From a virus (Duplodnaviria; Caudoviricetes), in the IMG/VR virus record IMGVR_UViG_3300049135_000080, positions 1 through 40,771 of that record: a stretch of DNA of 40,771 bases; one strand, given 5' to 3'. This document shows, in pieces, positions 36,103 through 40,771 of the stretch. Position 1 is the stretch's first letter. The number at the start of each line of letters is the position of its first letter. The position numbers and the translations under genes were made by a program. The notes under the pieces were generated by a model. That model made no database searches and was not told the origin of the DNA. It worked only from the letters and a program-made list of their open reading frames with translations.

Positions 36103-36818
36103 CCCCCAGCCACCGCACAGAAGGGATACTGACGCGCCGCTGGCGCTCGCTCGCTGTCGCCGCCTTCCTTACGGTCCTGTCCGGCGCGGTCGTGCTGGTG
36201 TGGCTGCGTATCGACGCGGCCGACCAGCGCGCGCAGCAGTTCGCCGCAGCGGCCAACGAGCGCGCGCAGGCGTTCGCCGCGGAGTCCAACAAGCGCGGTG
36301 AGGCTGTCTCCACGCTGGCCGGTGACGTAAGGATCCTGCGGGCGCAGATCGAAGCGAAGGGCGACACCCCGGCAGCGCCGGACCCGGAGGCAGCGGTCGA
36401 CGACCTGCCCGACCGGGCAAAGGTACCGGTGCCGATCCCGGGACCGCAGGGTCCGGCCGGAGAACCGGGCCAGGACGGCGCAGACGGAGACACGGGGCCG
36501 TCCGGCGCACCGGGGGCGGACGGGGCGCCCGGCCAGGACGGCACCGACGGCGAGCCGGGGGCCGACGGACAGCAGGGCCCGGCCGGACCGGAAGGACCGC
36601 AGGGGCCACAAGGTCCGCCGGGTGAGCAGGGCGAGCAGGGCGAGCAGGGCCCGCCCGGTCCGGCTGGCCAGTCCTGCCCGGAGGGCTACTCGTGGCAGAC
36701 ACCGGAGTACGACCCGGACGCGAAGATCTGCCGCCGCGACGGCGCGCCACCACCCGACAACAAGCCAGGCGCACCGTTGAACATCGCCCTCGACCCGCAG
36801 CGCCGCCAGTACCCCTGA
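36099..36818 (+). CDS. Membrane-anchored collagen-like protein
   Basis: TM helix, coiled coil, 26 Gly-X-Y triplets (36441-36674), C-terminal Cys pair. Confidence 0.85.
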   Translation: MTPSHRTEGILTRRWRSLAVAAFLTVLSGAVVLVWLRIDAADQRAQQFAAAANERAQAFAAESNKRGEAVSTLAGDVRILRAQIEAKGDTPAAPDPEAAVDDLPDRAKVPVPIPGPQGPAGEPGQDGADGDTGPSGAPGADGAPGQDGTDGEPGADGQQGPAGPEGPQGPQGPPGEQGEQGEQGPPGPAGQSCPEGYSWQTPEYDPDAKICRRDGAPPPDNKPGAPLNIALDPQRRQYP

Positions 36819-37583
36819 TCAGTCCTCGGGCTGGTCAATCCCGATCTCGTAAGCGATCTCCCACCGAACATCCGCGACCGTGATGTCCGCCGTCTCCACC
36901 GGCCGGCCGCCGCGGTCGTAGTACGTCCGCTCAATCTCGGTGATCAGGTCACCGACGCTGATGCCGAGCAGGTTCGCCTGCTCCTGGGTGGCGCGGGCAG
37001 GGCGCGGCACCTCGACGGCCGTCTCGATCAGGACCCCGATGGACCGCATTCGCTCCACGACACCGGCGCCCGCGTACGGGCCCATCTCGGGCAGCACGAC
37101 CGGCGTATCGCCGGTGATGGCCATCGGCTCCCACGACTCGGAGAGTTGCACGGGCAGGCCGTCCGCCAGGAACTCGTACCGGGTGCGGACGCACAGGTCA
37201 CCGGGATCGATCGCGAGCCGCTCCGCGATGTGCTCCGGCGCCGGGGTACGCGCTTCGCTGCGGGACTCCCAAGTGCCCGCCTTGCCGCGCTCTTTCATGT
37301 CGGCACGGAACGGGCTGCCGCCGCGACGCTCACGGTGGCGGGAGCGAACCATCCGCATCCGTTCGCGCGGCCGGCGTACGTAGGTGCCGGATCCGGCGCG
37401 GCCCTCGAGGAGGCCCTCGACGATGAGCCGCTCCATGGCGCGCTGCGCGACGGACTGGCCGACGCCGTACTCCTCGGCGAAGCGGGCGCGGGACGGCAGC
37501 TTGTCGCCGACCTGCCATTCACCTGCCTCGATGCGGGCACGCAGAGCGTCGGCCACCTGAAGGTAAGGCGTTTCGCGTGGCAT
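36819..37583 (-). CDS. GntR/HutC-family regulator with UTRA domain
   Basis: PYLQVADALR...LPS...GVG...AM..L..EG....GSGTYV, then UTRA. GGAG before ATG 37583. Confidence 0.92.
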   Translation of the reverse strand: MPRETPYLQVADALRARIEAGEWQVGDKLPSRARFAEEYGVGQSVAQRAMERLIVEGLLEGRAGSGTYVRRPRERMRMVRSRHRERRGGSPFRADMKERGKAGTWESRSEARTPAPEHIAERLAIDPGDLCVRTRYEFLADGLPVQLSESWEPMAITGDTPVVLPEMGPYAGAGVVERMRSIGVLIETAVEVPRPARATQEQANLLGISVGDLITEIERTYYDRGGRPVETADITVADVRWEIAYEIGIDQPED

Positions 37584-37691
37584 ATGCGCAGCTCCGGGGG
37601 TTGTACGTCGACATTGACAAGCTAACCCATCAGGTTGAAGCTGAATACTCAGCATCACGAAAAGTGACAGGCTGATCACCAGGGGAGAGCT

Positions 37692-37952
37692 GTGTCCACT
37701 GTGCCTCCGCATGCCGTCGCCCTTGCGGGCATGCTCGCCGCCGCGACCAGCAGCGAGCCCAGGATCTCGGTGACGCCCGGCGCCATCCGGATCGAGGTCG
37801 ACCTCCCCGACGAACTCTCCAGCGTCACCCGCACCACCATCCTGACCAACCTCGGCACCGCTGACCGCTACGGCCACGACCGCACCGAGGACCGCGACAG
37901 CGTGTGGGCCGAAATCGACCTACACCACCGGCCGCCACGCCTCGCCCCATGA
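37692..37952 (+). CDS. Hypothetical protein
   Basis: AGGGGAG RBS. Divergent from the GntR gene. Confidence 0.65.
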   Translation: MSTVPPHAVALAGMLAAATSSEPRISVTPGAIRIEVDLPDELSSVTRTTILTNLGTADRYGHDRTEDRDSVWAEIDLHHRPPRLAP

Positions 37953-38030
37953 CCCCCGCTCCGGCCGACCTCCCTGGCAGGACCGCGGCCGGAGCGGGCC
38001 CCGCACCACCAACCAGCGAGAGGACCGACC

Positions 38031-38534
38031 ATGTCTCATCCCGTACCCGACCCGCCCGGCACCCCCATCCCCGTCCTCAACTCGCCCCGCGCCCTGCTGA
38101 CCGACCCCGAGTTCAACAGCGTCCGCATGACCATCCTCAACAACAACTACGGCATGGCCCCGGAGATGGCCGGCGCCATCCTCGAGGACGCGCTCGCGTT
38201 CGTCGCCACGGCGGCCAGCTCACCCGGCCAGGCGCTCGTACCGAGCCGCGTGGTGGACGAGGGATGGCACGCCCTGATCCTGCACACCGCCATCTACTGG
38301 AACCTCTGCGCACAGTTCGGGAACTTCGTGCACCACATCCCGGAGCCGCCGAACATCGGCCGGTGGGACGAGGCCGTCATCCGCCGCACCATCAAGCACA
38401 TCGAGGCCGCCGGGTACCCGGTGCACCACTCCTTGTGGCGCGGCCCGGAGGACAGCACCGTGCCGGTGGCTGCCAGCTGCCAGCACGGCGACCAGTCCGG
38501 GCCGATCGTCATCATCCCCAAGCCCAAGGGCTGA
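38031..38534 (+). CDS. Glycine-rich-domain-protein (GRDP)-like His-rich protein
   Basis: PSRVVDEGWHALILHT..Y..LC...G.FVHH.P. Confidence 0.75.
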   Translation: MSHPVPDPPGTPIPVLNSPRALLTDPEFNSVRMTILNNNYGMAPEMAGAILEDALAFVATAASSPGQALVPSRVVDEGWHALILHTAIYWNLCAQFGNFVHHIPEPPNIGRWDEAVIRRTIKHIEAAGYPVHHSLWRGPEDSTVPVAASCQHGDQSGPIVIIPKPKG

Positions 38535-38556
38535 GGGACCGGATAGCGTGAGCGTC

Positions 38557-38685
38557 ATGGCGAAGGAATGGATTGATCCCCGGTACGCCGAGTTGGTGGG
38601 TGCGTGGAAGCGCGCGCAGCTGCCGACGTCGCGCGACCCGGAGCCCAGGCCGCGGCGGGCGTTCATCGTCCCGCCGAAGCCCTGA
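38557..38685 (+). CDS. 42-aa hypothetical peptide
   Basis: MAKEWIDPRYAELVGAWKR...FIVPPKP. Ends before the terminator. Weak RBS. Confidence 0.45.
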   Translation: MAKEWIDPRYAELVGAWKRAQLPTSRDPEPRPRRAFIVPPKP

Positions 38686-38698
38686 CGCTCGTCTTACC

Positions 38699-38740
38699 GC
38701 CCCGGTCGGTCTGCGCCCCCCGTCGCAGGCCGGCCGGGGC
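38699..38740. terminator. Bidirectional terminator hairpin
   Basis: GCCCCGGTCGGTCTGCG...CGCAGGCCGGCCGGGGC between converging genes. Confidence 0.65.
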
Positions 38741-38980
38741 TTACTCGTGCACGAGGTCGGCGAGCGGGACGCCGATCGCCAGGGAGATCCGGATCAGGGT
38801 GTCCAGCTTGGGTGAGGCGTGGCCCTGCTCGATGCGGCTGTAGGTGGCGACGTCGATCCCGGATCGGCCGCACACGTCGAGCTGGGTGAGGTTGTGGTGT
38901 TCGCGCACATGCCGGATCCGCTCGCCGACGGCGCGGCGGATCGCCAGCACGTCATCGGTCGGTGGGGTGGGGCGCGGCAC
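38741..38980 (-). CDS. Small XRE HTH regulator
   Basis: GERIRHVRE..NLTQ..V....GI....YSRIEQG..SPKLDTL..I...IGV. Confidence 0.85.
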   Translation of the reverse strand: MPRPTPPTDDVLAIRRAVGERIRHVREHHNLTQLDVCGRSGIDVATYSRIEQGHASPKLDTLIRISLAIGVPLADLVHE

Positions 38981-38999
38981 TCGTCCACGCTCCCGACAC

Positions 39000-39044
39000 C
39001 ATGATCGCAAAGGATTAGGGTGGACCCTAATTCGTGTGATCATG
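39000..39044. promoter_or_regulatory. Nested palindromic operator
   Basis: ATTAGGGT-GG-ACCCTAAT (39014-31) inside CATGATC...GATCATG. Confidence 0.65.
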
Positions 39045-39130
39045 AAGGGGCCGGGTACCTGCCCCCGTGCGGCACATACCCCCATAGACCGGCCCTCCGG
39101 TCCCTACCCCCAGGCGTTCGGAGTGGTCGG

Positions 39131-39165
39131 CGGCGCCCCTGCCTTCGGGTGGGGGCGTCGTTGTT
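39131..39165 (+). terminator. Intrinsic terminator with cUUCGg loop
   Basis: CGGCGCCCCTGCC-TTCG-GGTGGGGGCGTCG followed by TTGTT. The G-U pairs favour the + strand. Confidence 0.7.
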
Positions 39166-39363
39166 CCCGGGTGTCTCGGTCAGGGCGACTTCTACTCACC
39201 TGCTGGGTGGTGTGCGCGATCTTCGTTCCCGCCTGTTCCCACGGGAACACGGCCCCGCATTCGCCTGCGTTTTGCTGCACCGAGCGTCATTGAGCGACAT
39301 CGAAAGGCGCCCGAATGTCCCGATTTCAGGGATCACCGCAGGTCACAAGTAGGTCAAAAAACT

Positions 39364-39386
39364 GGTTCGAGTCCCGTTACTCACCC
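39364..39386 (+). other. attP core = 3' end of a tRNA (probably tRNA-His)
   Basis: GGTTCGAGTCCCGTTACTCACCC is a T-arm plus 3' acceptor strand, with no D or anticodon arm upstream. The His identity is from recall only. Confidence 0.8.
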
Positions 39387-39395
39387 TTAATGATC

Positions 39396-39430
39396 AAGGC
39401 CCGGCCTGCACAAACAGGCCGGGCCTTCTT
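39396..39430 (+). terminator. Terminator for the reconstituted tRNA
   Basis: AAGGCCCGGCCTG-CACAAA-CAGGCCGGGCCTT-CTT, perfect 13-bp stem. Confidence 0.8.
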
Positions 39431-39495
39431 CATGTCCAGAACTTTGGGAACACGATGGGAACACAAGGCCCCTGCACCGGTCGTATCGTCTGCCC

Positions 39496-40749
39496 ATGGC
39501 GAGCATCGTGGAACGACCCAAGAAGGACGGCAGCAGCACCTTCCAGGTGAAGTGGCGCCAGGACGGCGAATGGCAGTCGGAGAAGTTCGCCGAGCGCCCC
39601 GCCGCCGACCAGTTCAAAGCCCTCGTCGAAGCGCACGGCGGCCAGTGGCCCCACGGCTGGATCCGCGGCATGGGCTTCGTCGAACCCGACGAGCAGCCCG
39701 GCGACATGTCCCTCGTGAAGTGGGCCACACGCTACGTCGACCGCCTCACCGGCATCGACCACCGCACCCGCGACGACTACCACCGTGAGATCCGCCTCCA
39801 CCTCTCCCACCTCGTCCACACCCGCACCGACGGACTCGAGGTCCCGGCCACCATCTGCAACCTCACACAGGACGACGTCACCGACTGGGTCCGCCGCGAG
39901 CAGGACGGGCTTCCCGACGAGGGCGACCCGGAGAAGTGGCAGCGCAGGCCGGCCGATCCAAAGTCCATCCGTAACCGCCATGGGTTGCTGTACTGCGTTG
40001 TACAGGCCGCCGTGGACGCCGAGCCCCAGCTGCGCGCCAAGAACTGCTGCACGCGCACGGACCTGCCGCGCGTGGACGACAACATCGAGGACGACATGAC
40101 GTTCCTCGAGCGTGACGAGTACGCCCGCATCGCCCAGGAGATCGCCGACCCGGACGCCCGGGACCTGGCGGACTGGCTCGTCGGCACCGGCATGCGCTTC
40201 AGCGAGGCCACCGCCCTGAAGGTCAGCGACCTGGCCCTGACCGCCGACCGGCCCACCGTCAATGTCCAGCGCGCGTGGAAGAAGGCAAAGAAGGGCAGCG
40301 AGAAGGCTTTCTACCTCGGGCCGCCGAAGACGAAGAAGGCCCGCCGCCTGCTGGGCCTGTCCCCCGCGCAGGTCGACATGGCGCGGCGCCTGGTGGCCGG
40401 TCGCAAGCCGGACGACTACGTGTTCCGTGCGGCCATGGGTGGCCCGTGGCGGCACGCGAACTACTACAACCGCAAGTGGATGCCCGCGGTGAAGGCAGCC
40501 GTCGAGAAGGGTCTGCCGAAGCGTCCCCGGATCCATGACCTGCGGCACACGCACGTCTCATGGCTCATCGCTGCGCGCATTCCGCTGCCCGCGATCCAGA
40601 TCCGGCTGGGGCACGAGTCGATCCAGACCACGGTCGACCGGTATGGGCACCTCGAGCGGACCCTTGACGACGACATCACGGCCGCCGTCGAGGCCGCCAT
40701 GGGTGTGCCGGCACCCAGGGCGGCCTTCGAAGTCGTACGGGCAGGCTAG
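39496..40749 (+). CDS. int: Tyrosine integrase
   Basis: TGMRFSEA (R), PKT (K), IHDLRH (H-x-x-R), LGH, DRYGH (Y). N-terminal arm-binding domain. Confidence 0.96.
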   Translation: MASIVERPKKDGSSTFQVKWRQDGEWQSEKFAERPAADQFKALVEAHGGQWPHGWIRGMGFVEPDEQPGDMSLVKWATRYVDRLTGIDHRTRDDYHREIRLHLSHLVHTRTDGLEVPATICNLTQDDVTDWVRREQDGLPDEGDPEKWQRRPADPKSIRNRHGLLYCVVQAAVDAEPQLRAKNCCTRTDLPRVDDNIEDDMTFLERDEYARIAQEIADPDARDLADWLVGTGMRFSEATALKVSDLALTADRPTVNVQRAWKKAKKGSEKAFYLGPPKTKKARRLLGLSPAQVDMARRLVAGRKPDDYVFRAAMGGPWRHANYYNRKWMPAVKAAVEKGLPKRPRIHDLRHTHVSWLIAARIPLPAIQIRLGHESIQTTVDRYGHLERTLDDDITAAVEAAMGVPAPRAAFEVVRAG

Positions 40750-40771
40750 CGCGGGGTGGGGCGGGTCACGG

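Larger units (their letters stand above)
39225..39464. other. attP region with arm-type repeats
   Basis: GTTCCC/GGGAACAC at 39225, 39235 and 39243 on the left. TGGGAACAC x2 at 39445 and 39456 on the right. Confidence 0.75.
1..40771. mobile_element. Temperate siphophage genome (near complete, circularly permuted, non-integrated form), probably Streptomyces
   Basis: Full set of immunity, replication, packaging, head, tail, lysis and integration modules. attP is intact upstream of int. No host housekeeping genes. High GC with G/C-ending codons. Confidence 0.95.

Noticed and set aside
36441-36674. Collagen tail fibre
   Set aside because: The protein has an N-terminal TM anchor and lies after the holin, outside the tail module.
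37614-37650. Defined sigma70-type promoter
   Set aside because: TTGACA is perfect but there is no convincing -10 at 16-18 bp spacing, so it is not called as a feature.
39310-39390. Complete tRNA gene
   Set aside because: Only the T-arm and 3' acceptor strand are present. Upstream sequence cannot form D or anticodon arms, so this is the att core.
40750-40771. Exact end-to-start circular join
   Set aside because: Direct joining would extend the edge ORF about 190 nt antisense into int. A nearby TGA is out of frame, so some bases are probably missing and closure cannot be confirmed.

Overview
The window is an essentially complete, circularly permuted ~40.8 kb temperate siphophage genome from a high-GC actinomycete, most likely Streptomyces (WhiB, DUF2637/SpdB-like, DUF6221 and GntR-UTRA genes). 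Gene order: a truncated putative antirepressor and a short HTH repressor (minus strand), then a divergent Cro-like HTH and excisionase, a recombination/replication operon (PD-(D/E)xK exonuclease, Gp3-like protein, HNH, DEDDh exonuclease, RuvC-like resolvase, DnaB-N/AAA helicase with an internal iteron cluster, MazG-like, WhiB), an accessory membrane-protein cassette, packaging and HK97-type head genes (portal fused to a MuF domain), a non-contractile tail with a -1 frameshifted chaperone, a lysis cassette, GntR and XRE accessory modules, an intact attP (3' end of a tRNA, arm-type repeats) and a tyrosine integrase. Strongest leads: (1) a self-regulated, plasmid-spread (spd)-like membrane operon without TraB inside a phage; (2) a two-repeat protein behind LexA-type boxes that could be a new SOS-controlled antirepressor for a non-cleavable repressor; (3) an NLTPH-motif candidate ring nuclease/anti-CRISPR inserted in the lysis cassette; (4) an XRE gene with an operator and a divergent putative small RNA next to attP; (5) an apparently recoded homing-endonuclease target in the exonuclease gene. 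All family assignments come from motif recognition by eye, not database searches.
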